Origin: Alphaproteobacteria bacterium
GTDB lineage: Bacteria; Pseudomonadota; Alphaproteobacteria; SP197
Assembly: GCA_965228895.1 (NCBI GenBank)
Contig: OZ245842.1
Span: 768,001 to 832,000 of the forward strand
DNA: 64,000 bases
Direction: 5' to 3'
Part shown: positions 9,168 through 18,587 of the stretch, piece after piece
Numbering within the stretch: position 1 is the stretch's first letter
How the letters are laid out: each line of letters starts with the position of its first letter
The notes under the pieces: model-generated
The model's input: the letters and a program-made list of their open reading frames with translations, nothing else
What the model was told of the DNA's origin: nothing
Databases searched by the model: none
Program-made: the position numbers and the translations under genes

Positions 9168-10382
9168 ATGACCAATCCCGTGAACTACAGCGCCGATGAC
9201 GCCGCGGCCTTTCATCGGCGCATGACCTTGCAGAATTGGTCGGACGATCCGGACATGATGTCTTATTCCTTCCTGCATATGCCGGAGTTTTTTCCGCACG
9301 CGATCGTCCACCGAAGTGGTCCTGTATCAACCCTTAACGATGCGTCGCGTACTGATATAGCGCGTTTTGAAGTTAAGAGCGCGCTGGGTGACATGCCGCT
9401 CGAAGACTATGTCAACACTGCGCCGGTCAATGGCGTGGTGATCGCACAGGGTGGTGACATAATATTCGAGCGTTACCCCGGCATGCGTTCGTTCGACAAA
9501 CATCTCTTGATGTCGGTGACCAAGATCATGGTCTCGGCGTTGGTGGCGATACTCGAAGATCGCGGCCTGGTCGATGTGCGACAGGGAATCGACCACTACC
9601 TGCCGGTGCTCAAAGGCTCGGCCTGGGAAGGCACCAGCGTGCTGGATGTGCTGGATATGGCGTCGGGCATCGACTGTCCGGAGGAGGGGGGCGAGGATGC
9701 CTATTCGAACCCCGAACAACCTTACTATCACTACGAAGCGAGCCTGGGCTGGCTGGCGCCGACCGAGCAAACCTGTGACACGCCCTATGCCTACATGCCG
9801 ACCCTGGGCCGCCGGATCGCGCCTGGACAAGCCTTTGAATACACCTCGGTCAACACCTTCGTTCTTAGCTGGCTTGTCGAACAGATTGCAGGTCGGCCGT
9901 TTAACGACATTCTGAGCGCTGAAATCTGGTCGAAGATTGGCGCTGAATCCGATGCGCTGATCTCGGTCTCCAGAAGCGCCAATGCGCCTGCGACCCATGG
10001 CGGGATGTCGGCGGTTTTGCGCGACGTGCTTCGCGTCGGTCTGCTCTTCACGCCGAGCGGACGGGCCGGGGTGTCGGATCCGGTTGTCAGCGACAGCGCC
10101 CTTGAGAAGATCCTGCACGGCGGACGGCCTGAGATCTTCATGCGCGGCTCGCTTGGGCCGGAGCTGACCAAGCAGCTCGGCGAACAGCCGCGCCACAACA
10201 CCTATCAGTGGGATTTCGTGATGGCCGATGGCGACTTTTTCAAAGGCGGCTATGGCGGTCAGGGACTTTTTGTCTCGCCCGAACGGGACATGGTGATCGC
10301 TTTCTTTGGCACGCCTGGAGCGGACAAAAAGGAAAATGAAATGACCGCCATTGCGCGGCAGCTCAGCGTCTCCGGCTTCTAG
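9168..10382 (+). CDS. Serine hydrolase, beta-lactamase/6-aminohexanoate-dimer hydrolase (NylB-like) family
   Basis: SxxK (MSVTK), FEYTSVNT and GYGGQ motifs; GGAGG upstream of ATG 9168. Confidence 0.85.
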   Translation: MTNPVNYSADDAAAFHRRMTLQNWSDDPDMMSYSFLHMPEFFPHAIVHRSGPVSTLNDASRTDIARFEVKSALGDMPLEDYVNTAPVNGVVIAQGGDIIFERYPGMRSFDKHLLMSVTKIMVSALVAILEDRGLVDVRQGIDHYLPVLKGSAWEGTSVLDVLDMASGIDCPEEGGEDAYSNPEQPYYHYEASLGWLAPTEQTCDTPYAYMPTLGRRIAPGQAFEYTSVNTFVLSWLVEQIAGRPFNDILSAEIWSKIGAESDALISVSRSANAPATHGGMSAVLRDVLRVGLLFTPSGRAGVSDPVVSDSALEKILHGGRPEIFMRGSLGPELTKQLGEQPRHNTYQWDFVMADGDFFKGGYGGQGLFVSPERDMVIAFFGTPGADKKENEMTAIARQLSVSGF

Positions 10383-10496
10383 TCTAAGGCATGATGAAGA
10401 CTACGCGGCGGCCTTGTCGGGTCCGCCGCCAGTCAGGCGATTTCCATTGCAGGGCGGACGCTCTAACCTGTTGCCGAAACTGAGAGGGAGGGCAGG

Positions 10497-11471
10497 ATGC
10501 AGATCAACATGCAAGGCGGGCCAAGGCGGCAGAACCAGCCGTTTGTCGGCATTCCAACCTTTCTGCGATGTGACTACTGCGACGACATCGCGACATTGGA
10601 TGCCGATATCGCGGTGCTCGGCGTGCCGACTGACGAGGGTTCGCCCTTCATGGCGGGTTCCAGATTTGCACCACGATCGATCCGCGAGCATTCCCTGCGT
10701 TTCGATGCGGGCGGTTACTACGACGTCAACACGGACAAACACTATCTGACATGGGAACTGCAGAACCGGCGTATTGTCGATGTCGGCGATGTCGATGTCT
10801 TGCCGACCAATGTCGAGAAGACGTTCGACTTCATCACCTCCGATGTCCAGGCGATCCTCGATCGTGGCGCCGTGCCCGTTATCATCGGCGGCGATCACGC
10901 GATCACCTACCCGGTCGTACGCGCGTTCAGCGAGCCCATGCACGTCCTGCACTTCGACGCGCATATGGACTACGCGCCCTTTATCCATGACCTTCGTTTC
11001 ACCAACGGCCATGCGTTCCGCCACATCAAGCCGATGCCACATGTGTTGAGCCTGACGCAGATCGGCATCCGCAGCCTCAGAAGCTCTGCCGAGCAGTTTT
11101 CCGATGCCAAGGCTGACGGCAGCCGGATTGTCACCATGGGCGAGATCTACAAGCGCGGGCCCCAGGGGTTCGTCGAAACCCTGCCGAAGGGCGAGAAGGT
11201 CTACGTCTCGATCGATGTCGACGTGTTCGACATGCCGCTGATCCCCGGCTGCGTCTCCGCCGAACCCAACGGCATGACCTATGCGGAGCTGCGCGACATC
11301 CTGCGCGCCGTCGCCGCGCACATGCAGGTCGTCGGTTTCGACTTCGTTGAGGTCAATCCGCAGCTCGATGTCGGCACCGGTATCACGTCCTACCTGGGCG
11401 CACACACCATGCTGGAATTCCTCGGCGCTATCTGCGATCAGCCGGGCTGGGCCGCGCGGGTCGGGCGCTAG
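10497..11471 (+). CDS. Ureohydrolase (agmatinase/arginase family)
   Basis: GGDHAIT, DAHMD, SIDVDVFD and VEVNP motifs; GAGGGAGG SD. Confidence 0.88.
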   Translation: MQINMQGGPRRQNQPFVGIPTFLRCDYCDDIATLDADIAVLGVPTDEGSPFMAGSRFAPRSIREHSLRFDAGGYYDVNTDKHYLTWELQNRRIVDVGDVDVLPTNVEKTFDFITSDVQAILDRGAVPVIIGGDHAITYPVVRAFSEPMHVLHFDAHMDYAPFIHDLRFTNGHAFRHIKPMPHVLSLTQIGIRSLRSSAEQFSDAKADGSRIVTMGEIYKRGPQGFVETLPKGEKVYVSIDVDVFDMPLIPGCVSAEPNGMTYAELRDILRAVAAHMQVVGFDFVEVNPQLDVGTGITSYLGAHTMLEFLGAICDQPGWAARVGR

Positions 11472-11493
11472 GCGACAAACAGGTCAAAGCAGC

Positions 11494-13071
11494 GTGGCCT
11501 ATGACATTGTGATCGTCGGTGCTGGGACGGCGGGATGTGTTCTGGCGGCGCGGCTCAGTGAAGACGACGCCATCTCCGTCTGCCTTCTGGAGGCGGGCGG
11601 TCCGGCGCTCGATCCCCGGATTGCCGATCCCGCCCGGTGGCCGGCCCTGCAGAGCAGCGAAATCGACTGGCAGTTTGAGACCGAGCCTCAAGCCCACAGC
11701 GCCGACCGGCGCCATGCCTGGCCGCGCGGCCGGGTGATCGGCGGGTCCAGCGCGCTTCATGCCATGGCCCATGTGCGCGGCCACGCAAGCGACTTCGATG
11801 TGTGGGCGGCGGACGGCTGTGAAGGCTGGGGTTACGCCGATCTCATGCCCTATTTCATCCGCTCGGAGACGTCGGATCGTCCGGCTTCGCCCTATCACGG
11901 CACCAGCGGGCCGATCGGACTGATGACGCCAGATGAACCGCACCCGCTGACGACCTGTTACATGGCGGCGGGCGAGAGCCTTGGTCTTGCGCCGACCGAT
12001 GATCACAACGGTCCCCGCATGGTCGGCCCGACCCTCAACACGCTGAACATTGTTGATGGCAAGAGGCAAAGTGTCGCTGATGCCTATCTCACTCCCGTTC
12101 TCGATCGGCCGAACCTCGCCGTATGCACGATGTGTCTAGTCGACCGTGCCGTCTTCGATGGCGGCAGCCGCTGCACCGGCGTCGAGATCATCGAGGCTGG
12201 CGAGCGCCGCTTGATCGAGGCGGACAGAGCGGTTGTCTTGTGTGGCGGCGCGATCGGCTCACCGGTCATCTTGACGCGCTCAGGAATGGGTTCTGCATCG
12301 GAGTTGCGGTCACTCGGAATCGATGTGGTGGCAGACCTACCGGAAGTCGGCGAGAACTTGCACGACCACCTCTTGTCGGGCGGCAATCTCTATCGTGCCA
12401 AGCGAAGCGTGCCGCCGAGCCGCTACCAGCATTCCGAATCGCTGATGTACATCGACAGCAACGACAGTGGTGTGCCGGAGGTCGCGCTTGCCTGTGTCGT
12501 CCTGCCGGTGGTGACCGAGTGTTTCGAGGCGCCGGCTCCCGGCGAGGCCTACACCATCATGTCCGGCTTCACCCATCCGAAGAGCCGGGGGCGGCTAAGT
12601 GTTTTGTCGGCGGATCCACGCGTCGCGCCACGGATCGACCCCAACTATCTGGCCGAGCAGGCGGACCGCGACGCCTACCTGCACGCGCTGGAGATGGCCC
12701 GGGCGGTGGGTTCGGCGGTGCCGCTGAACGACTGGCGCGACAGCGAGCTTCTGCCTGATCCGTCCGTCCGCAGTCAGAACGATCGGCTGGCGTTCCTGGC
12801 GCGTGCCGCCTTCACCCACCATCACCCGGTCGGCACCTGTCGCATGGGCAGCGATGAGCGGGCGGTCGTCGGACCGGATCTGGCGGTGCGCGGTGTCGAC
12901 GGTCTCTACGTCGTCGACGCATCGGTCATACCGTCGATTACCGCCGGTCCTGTCAACGCCGCCATTGTGGCGATCGCGGAACGTGCGGGCGATCTGCTGC
13001 GCGGGTTGGCACCGCTGCCGCCATTCGATCCGCGTGACATCGAGGCCAAGGCGGAGCAAGGTCTGTCGTAA
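11494..13071 (+). CDS. GMC flavoprotein oxidoreductase, pyridoxine 4-oxidase-like
   Basis: GAGTAG FAD fold, WPALQ, GGSSALHAM, GNLY..RSVPPSRYQHSES, THHHPVGTCRMG and ITAGPV; GTG start at 11494. Confidence 0.8.
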   Translation: MAYDIVIVGAGTAGCVLAARLSEDDAISVCLLEAGGPALDPRIADPARWPALQSSEIDWQFETEPQAHSADRRHAWPRGRVIGGSSALHAMAHVRGHASDFDVWAADGCEGWGYADLMPYFIRSETSDRPASPYHGTSGPIGLMTPDEPHPLTTCYMAAGESLGLAPTDDHNGPRMVGPTLNTLNIVDGKRQSVADAYLTPVLDRPNLAVCTMCLVDRAVFDGGSRCTGVEIIEAGERRLIEADRAVVLCGGAIGSPVILTRSGMGSASELRSLGIDVVADLPEVGENLHDHLLSGGNLYRAKRSVPPSRYQHSESLMYIDSNDSGVPEVALACVVLPVVTECFEAPAPGEAYTIMSGFTHPKSRGRLSVLSADPRVAPRIDPNYLAEQADRDAYLHALEMARAVGSAVPLNDWRDSELLPDPSVRSQNDRLAFLARAAFTHHHPVGTCRMGSDERAVVGPDLAVRGVDGLYVVDASVIPSITAGPVNAAIVAIAERAGDLLRGLAPLPPFDPRDIEAKAEQGLS

Positions 13072-13099
13072 CGTTTCTTCAAGATGGTGGAACAAGGCC

Positions 13100-13828
13100 A
13101 TGCAGAACAGCCGTGAGCTAGAGGTACGCCGCGATCTCGCCGCCGCCCATCGCCTGGCGGTTCGCGACGGTTTGAACGAAGGCACCTGGAACCACCTCAG
13201 CGTCATGTCGCCGGACGATCCCGGGATCATGCTGATCTCCCCGGGCTACACCCACTGGTCCCAAGTCACGGCCAGCAACCTGGCCGCTGTCGGGCCGGAC
13301 GGCGAACCGGTGTCGGGCGAAAGCCGGCCGACGGTCGCGGGCTGGATCATTCACTACCCGGCTCACCAGGCTTTGCCCGAGGCCAAATGCCTGATGCATG
13401 TGCATTCGCCCTATGTCACCGCCTTGTCGATGAAGAAGGACGTGCGTCTCGACACCTGCTCGTCGCAGCAGGCGGCTCAGTTTCACGACGATGTCGCGTA
13501 TTTCGAGGTCTATGACGGTCTGTTGAACTCCGAGGACGAAGGCCGGCGCATGGCCGATGCCATGGGTGACAAGCGCGTCCTGATGATGCGCAATCACGGC
13601 GCCATGGTCGCTGGCCGTGATGTCGCCAACACCTATGTCGACCTCTATCAGCTCGAACGCGCCTGCATGTATCAGGTTCTCGCGATGAACGGCGGCGGCG
13701 ACCTCGCGCAGATCCCGGATGACATCGCCAAAGCGATGGCGACCCAGGCACGTGACGGCCATAGCGAGCGGCACTTTGGTGCCATGCGCCGCCTGATCGA
13801 CGCGAAGGAACCGGACTACATCAATTGA
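13100..13828 (+). CDS. Class II aldolase/adducin family protein
   Basis: NHLS, IIH, MHVHS and MRNHG Zn-ligand motifs; ATG 13100. Confidence 0.85.
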   Translation: MQNSRELEVRRDLAAAHRLAVRDGLNEGTWNHLSVMSPDDPGIMLISPGYTHWSQVTASNLAAVGPDGEPVSGESRPTVAGWIIHYPAHQALPEAKCLMHVHSPYVTALSMKKDVRLDTCSSQQAAQFHDDVAYFEVYDGLLNSEDEGRRMADAMGDKRVLMMRNHGAMVAGRDVANTYVDLYQLERACMYQVLAMNGGGDLAQIPDDIAKAMATQARDGHSERHFGAMRRLIDAKEPDYIN

Positions 13829-13868
13829 TCAGAACCCGTGCGCGCGACGACGGGGAGGGGGTAGCACC

Positions 13869-14951
13869 ATGCTCAACACCACCAGCCGTCCAGTAAAGAT
13901 CGACACGCTGCGCGGCTTCATGGAAGGCATTCTGGGCGCCGTCGGTTTCGACAAAGAGACTGCGGCAATCCTTGCCGACATTCATCTGGAGTCCGATCTG
14001 CGCGGCGTCCATGTGCAGGGCTTCAATCACCTGATCAACACCCACGTGCAGAAGTACATCGCCGGCAAGGCCGACCCGAAGGCAAAACCGGTCGTCGCCA
14101 AAGAGGGACCGAGCTACGCGCTGATCGACGGCAGGATGGGGCCCGGACCTATCGCGGTCCTCAAGGCGTGCGACGTCGCTATCGAGAAAGCGAAAGAGAC
14201 CGGCACGGCGATTGTCGGCGTCAACCACAGCCACGATGCCTTTCAGGCGGGGCTCTATGTCGACCGCATCGCGCGCCACGATCTCGTCGCGATGATCTTC
14301 TCCGACGACAACGTCCCCGTGGTTCACCCGCTCGGCGGCACCCAGCCGATCATCGGCAGCAATCCCTTGGCGTGCGCCGTGCCGTCGTCCGGTGATCCGT
14401 TCCTGACCGATTTCACGCCCTGCGTCACGCTGCCGACCTATGTGCGGTACTCCCAGCGTTATGACACGCCGATGGACGAGGGCTTGGTGACTGACGCCGA
14501 CGGCAATCCGACGACCGACCCGAGTAAGGTATGCACGGGAATCGGCCATACGCTCGATATCGGCGCCATCAACCCCGGTGGCAACAAGGGTTTCGGCTTG
14601 TTGCTGATGATCGACTTTTTGTCCGGCGCGCTGGTCGGCGCCGATATGGGGATGGATCACATCACCAAGAAGGACGCGCACAAGGGCCATCTGCTGATTG
14701 CCATCGATCCCGGCATCTTCGGTGATGCCGAGACGTTCAAGGCTGCCGTGACGGCGCGCATGAACGCCATTCGGGAGTCCAAGAAAGCGCCGGACGTCGA
14801 CGCGATCCGCATGCCGGGCGAAGGCAGCTATGCGCGGCGGAAGAAGGCCCTGGAGACCGGCGTGGTCCAGATCGACCGCTTGTGCTGGGACGACAGCCTG
14901 AAGCTTGCCGACGAACTTGGTGTTACGGCACCGGACCTCGACCCCGGCTGA
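13869..14951 (+). CDS. Ldh2 family (malate/L-lactate/ureidoglycolate dehydrogenase-like) oxidoreductase
   Basis: SDLRGVHVQG, GSNPLACAVP, GGNKGFGL, IAIDPGIF and RMPGE motifs. Confidence 0.85.
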   Translation: MLNTTSRPVKIDTLRGFMEGILGAVGFDKETAAILADIHLESDLRGVHVQGFNHLINTHVQKYIAGKADPKAKPVVAKEGPSYALIDGRMGPGPIAVLKACDVAIEKAKETGTAIVGVNHSHDAFQAGLYVDRIARHDLVAMIFSDDNVPVVHPLGGTQPIIGSNPLACAVPSSGDPFLTDFTPCVTLPTYVRYSQRYDTPMDEGLVTDADGNPTTDPSKVCTGIGHTLDIGAINPGGNKGFGLLLMIDFLSGALVGADMGMDHITKKDAHKGHLLIAIDPGIFGDAETFKAAVTARMNAIRESKKAPDVDAIRMPGEGSYARRKKALETGVVQIDRLCWDDSLKLADELGVTAPDLDPG

Positions 14952-15048
14952 CGTCAGCGGTTACCAAATAGAAACACGAAAGCGCTTGCGGCGGTCACCC
15001 CTCAACAACAGATTGAGTGACGGAACCACGTCAAAAGGGGGAATTCGC

Positions 15049-15573
15049 ATGGCCGCGGTCGATCAGATTAAGCGCGCGCGTGAGCGAGCCACTAAAGCCG
15101 TGTCACTGCGCCCGGCCGTCGGCCAGGCCACATCGGTGACCCGGGCTCAAATCACGGATGGCTATCACTGTGAGGTCAGCGAGGGATCGTGGACCATTGC
15201 AGCGGATATGCCGAAGAGCGAAGGCGGTTCGGAACGCGCGCCGACTCCGGGCGTCCTCGGCCGAGGCGCGCTCGCAAGCTGTTTTGCGATCGGCCTTGTC
15301 GGTCTGGCGGCCCAACGTGACATCCCTCTTGACGACCTGTCGGTCGAGGTCCATGCGGATTGGGATGCGCGCGGTGAGTTAGGCGTTGGCACCGATGTTG
15401 TTCCCGGTTATTCGCAGGTCAGAATTGTGGTGGAGATCGCAAGCCCGGCATCCGAAGCGGCGATCAAAAGCCTGTTGGAGGATGCCGAACGTCACAGTCC
15501 CTATATCGATGTGTTTCGTCGCGACAACACCGTTCTGGTGGAGCACACGATTACACAGCCTGTCGGCGCGTAG
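15049..15573 (+). CDS. OsmC/Ohr-like family protein
   Basis: DMPKSEGG...PTPG..GRGALASC with a single Cys; HSP at the position of the second Cys. Confidence 0.8.
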   Translation: MAAVDQIKRARERATKAVSLRPAVGQATSVTRAQITDGYHCEVSEGSWTIAADMPKSEGGSERAPTPGVLGRGALASCFAIGLVGLAAQRDIPLDDLSVEVHADWDARGELGVGTDVVPGYSQVRIVVEIASPASEAAIKSLLEDAERHSPYIDVFRRDNTVLVEHTITQPVGA

Positions 15574-15584
15574 GCGTCGCAGCC

Positions 15585-16406
15585 ATGGACGCCAGACTGC
15601 AACGCCGTGTGCAGCGCTACGGATGGGATGCTGCGGCAAGGGTTTATGAGTCGACGTGGCGCGACAATCTGCAGCCGGCCCATGATCTCATGTTCGAGTT
15701 AAGCGCCTTGAAGCCGGGCGATGCGGTCGTTGATGTGGCCTGTGGTTCCGGCTTGGCTACCTTTCGGGCGGCGACGTGCGTTGGCGATCAAGGAAGTGTT
15801 GTCGCGACCGACATCTCCGCGGAAATGACCGCTCTCGTACAGCGAGAGGCCGATCGGCTGGCCATCGATACCGTCACAGCTCACAGGATGGATGCCGAGG
15901 CGCTCGACCTGGAAAACGAGCAGTTCGACGTAGCGTTGTGCGCCTTGGGACTGATGTATGTTCCCGATCCCACGGCTGCCTTACGGGAAATGCGGCGGGT
16001 GTTGCGGCCGGGTGGCCAGGCTGTCGTGTCCGTCTGGGGCGCGCGAAAGAACTGCGGATGGGCTGACTTGTTCCCCATCGTCGATAGCGTGGTCGAGTCC
16101 GAAGTCTGCCCACTGTTCTTTGGATTGGGCGCCGGTGACGGCTTGAAGACCACAGTGGAGACAGCGGGCTTTGAAGACGTCGACGCACGCCGCCTTCAAT
16201 TCAGCATTCGTTACGATTCGGTCAAGGCAGCGCTAGAGGCCATGATTGACGGCGGCGCTGTCGCGTTGGCGGCCAAGCGGTTTGATAAGGCGACGCGAGA
16301 CAAGGTCGACAAGGCATTCCTCGCTTCGATCGAGCCCTACCGTGATCAAGACGGCCGGTATGATATCCCCGGCGAGTTCGTCGTCGCGTCGGCGACAAGA
16401 CCTTGA
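15585..16406 (+). CDS. Class I SAM-dependent methyltransferase (UbiE-like)
   Basis: VDVACGSG, MDAEAL and RVLRPGG motifs. Confidence 0.85.
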   Translation: MDARLQRRVQRYGWDAAARVYESTWRDNLQPAHDLMFELSALKPGDAVVDVACGSGLATFRAATCVGDQGSVVATDISAEMTALVQREADRLAIDTVTAHRMDAEALDLENEQFDVALCALGLMYVPDPTAALREMRRVLRPGGQAVVSVWGARKNCGWADLFPIVDSVVESEVCPLFFGLGAGDGLKTTVETAGFEDVDARRLQFSIRYDSVKAALEAMIDGGAVALAAKRFDKATRDKVDKAFLASIEPYRDQDGRYDIPGEFVVASATRP

Positions 16407-16419
16407 ATACTTTGTTTCG

Positions 16420-17388
16420 TCAGCCTGACCTCTCCTTGTCGTAGTAGCCCGCGCGTATCGTCGCGCCGATGAAGTTGCAGATCAGGCGTTCGGCGTAGAC
16501 CAGCGTCAGGTCACGCACGTCGTAGCTTGGTGCGATCTCGACGATGTCCATGCCCATGACGCGGCCCTTTTTGACCAGGCCGTGTATCAGCTTGTGCATT
16601 TGCGGCCAGGTCACACCGCCCGGCGTCGGCGCCATGACCGCAGGCATGATGGTCGGGTCCAGACCGTCGGCGTCGATGGTGAGGTAATAGGGGCCGCCGT
16701 CGGGGATCCGGTCGAGAACCGCCTGCATGCCCATGTCGTGCAACTCATAGGCATCAATGATGTCGCAACCATAGGCGCGGGCATCGTCGACCTCGCCCTG
16801 GCGCGCGCTGCCGATACCGCGCATGCCGATCTGCACGATATCGCCGAACCATGCCATTTCCGACGCCCGCCTGATCGGGCTCGAATAACCGTCGGTCACC
16901 CCGTTCACGTCGTGGCGCCAATCCAGGTGAGCGTCGACATGGACCAGCGTCACCGGACCATGGTTTTCCAGCGCGCGCATCACGGGGATCGGCACACCGT
17001 GATCGCCACCGATCGTAACCAGCACCGCGCCGGCGTCGAAGATCTGGCGCGCGGCCGCTTCGGCCCGTGTGTAGTGGAGCGCTGAATCAAAGGCGTCGGC
17101 GGTCACGTTGCCGCAGTCGATGACCTTGATGTCGCGGTTATCCAGCAAGGGTCCGCCGAGATCCCAGTCGTAGTGGTTAAGCGTGTAGCTCACGTCGGCT
17201 GCTATTTGGCGCAGGGCGTCGGGTGCCCGGCTTTGATCGTTGGCCTGTTCCGGTGGCGAATACGGCTGGCCATAGGGAATGCCCAGGATCGCGATGTCGG
17301 CGTCAAGCTTGTCGAGGTCGAGGGCAAGCGGGAAGTCGAGAAAGGTCGCGCACGGTGTGCCGGGCGCCTCGGTCAGGGTATCGGTCAT
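16420..17388 (-). CDS. Ureohydrolase (agmatinase family, YSSP subtype)
   Basis: GGDHGV, DAHLD, TIDADGLDP and VEIAP motifs. Confidence 0.88.
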   Translation of the reverse strand: MTDTLTEAPGTPCATFLDFPLALDLDKLDADIAILGIPYGQPYSPPEQANDQSRAPDALRQIAADVSYTLNHYDWDLGGPLLDNRDIKVIDCGNVTADAFDSALHYTRAEAAARQIFDAGAVLVTIGGDHGVPIPVMRALENHGPVTLVHVDAHLDWRHDVNGVTDGYSSPIRRASEMAWFGDIVQIGMRGIGSARQGEVDDARAYGCDIIDAYELHDMGMQAVLDRIPDGGPYYLTIDADGLDPTIMPAVMAPTPGGVTWPQMHKLIHGLVKKGRVMGMDIVEIAPSYDVRDLTLVYAERLICNFIGATIRAGYYDKERSG

Positions 17389-17493
17389 GGTGTCTCATCT
17401 GATGGTTGGGACGTGAGATGGCACAGCATGACCGCCTGGCGCCGCGATGGCGACTCAGTTTACCTAACGGGCAATTGCGGGCATCGTTAGGCC

Positions 17494-18570
17494 ATGGCGG
17501 CTCCCAGCAAACTCGGCGGCCCGGCGGCATGGCATGGCCGGGATCTCTTGCGGCAGCGCGACTGGATACGCCCGTTGTCGCCACCAGCGCTCCGGGAACT
17601 GGACGCCGCGGTAACTGCGCTACGAGGCCGTTCCGACGACATGGAAGACCTGACGCGCAGTGAATTCTCCTTTGATCATCTCGCCGCCGAACTGGCCGAG
17701 GCCGCCGATGAACTGGAGAACGGCCGTGGCGTCGTCAAGCTGACGGGCGTGCCGGTCGAACGTTACGACGATACCGACTTGCGCCGTTTATTCTGGGGTG
17801 TCGGCCTGAACCTCGGTACGCCCGTTTATCAGAACGCCCATGGTGAGTTGATGGGGTTGATTTGCGACGAGGGCGCGGGTGTCGGCGCCAGGCGTGGTCA
17901 GATGGTCGACAAGGACGGCGCGGCGTTTCTGTCGTCGCGGGCCCGGGCGCAATCAACCCAATTGCTGCGTTGGCATACCGACCGCACCGATGTGGTCGGT
18001 CTGCTGTGCGCAGGCCAGGCGGCCGAGGGCGGCACAAGCCGCGTCGCCAGCGCCGTTGCCATCCACGACGAAATGGTGCGCCGCCGCCCCGATCTCGCCG
18101 CCGTGCTTTATGACGATATCGTGCGCAGTCGGTTGGGCGAGGAGGCGGGCGGTGTCGACGCGACCTATGCCCTGCCGGTGTTCGGCGTCCATCACGGCCG
18201 GTTCTCCAGCCACTACTCCAGGACCTATGTCGAGGCAGCCCAAAATTTGGACGGTGTCCCGGCCATGCGTGACGACCAATGGGCGGCGCTCGATCTGCTG
18301 GCGGACTTGGGCGAGGAGTTGTGTTTCGAGATGGAGCTCAACAAGGGCGACATCCAGTTTCTCAACAACCACGTCATCTATCATGCACGCGGCGCGTTCC
18401 GTGACGATCCGGCGACCGGGCGGATCCGCCGGCTCTATCGCCTGTGGCTTGCCATGCCAAACAGTCGCGAGTTACCGCCGGGCTACGACATCCTGTTCGG
18501 CAGCCGCGACGCCGGTGCGATCCGCGGCGGTATTCTTCAGGCGGAAAACGGTCGGCGCACGCCGGTCTGA
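17494..18570 (+). CDS. TauD/TfdA family Fe(II)/2-oxoglutarate dioxygenase
   Basis: HxD (WHTDRTD), distal His in NNHVIYHAR, RRLYRLWL. Confidence 0.88.
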   Translation: MAAPSKLGGPAAWHGRDLLRQRDWIRPLSPPALRELDAAVTALRGRSDDMEDLTRSEFSFDHLAAELAEAADELENGRGVVKLTGVPVERYDDTDLRRLFWGVGLNLGTPVYQNAHGELMGLICDEGAGVGARRGQMVDKDGAAFLSSRARAQSTQLLRWHTDRTDVVGLLCAGQAAEGGTSRVASAVAIHDEMVRRRPDLAAVLYDDIVRSRLGEEAGGVDATYALPVFGVHHGRFSSHYSRTYVEAAQNLDGVPAMRDDQWAALDLLADLGEELCFEMELNKGDIQFLNNHVIYHARGAFRDDPATGRIRRLYRLWLAMPNSRELPPGYDILFGSRDAGAIRGGILQAENGRRTPV

Positions 18571-18587
18571 CTTAAGCTTGGCCTTTG

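Noticed and set aside
10383-10496. Guanidine riboswitch upstream of the ureohydrolases (17389..17493 also checked)
   Set aside because: No tandem ACGR-loop hairpins or guanidine-I/III consensus visible by eye; an Infernal scan would settle it.
11281-11493. N-terminal extensions in the ORF track for the GMC enzyme (also 20100, 12803, 21554, 45213, 9039)
   Set aside because: They overlap or abut upstream genes in other frames and lack family motifs; downstream starts match the family N-termini better.
13100-13828. B6-pathway HMPD decarboxylase (class II aldolase fold) next to the Pno-like gene
   Set aside because: Same fold, but the sequence looks like the generic adducin-like subfamily (LAAAHRL..EGTWNHLS), so the specific assignment is unsupported.
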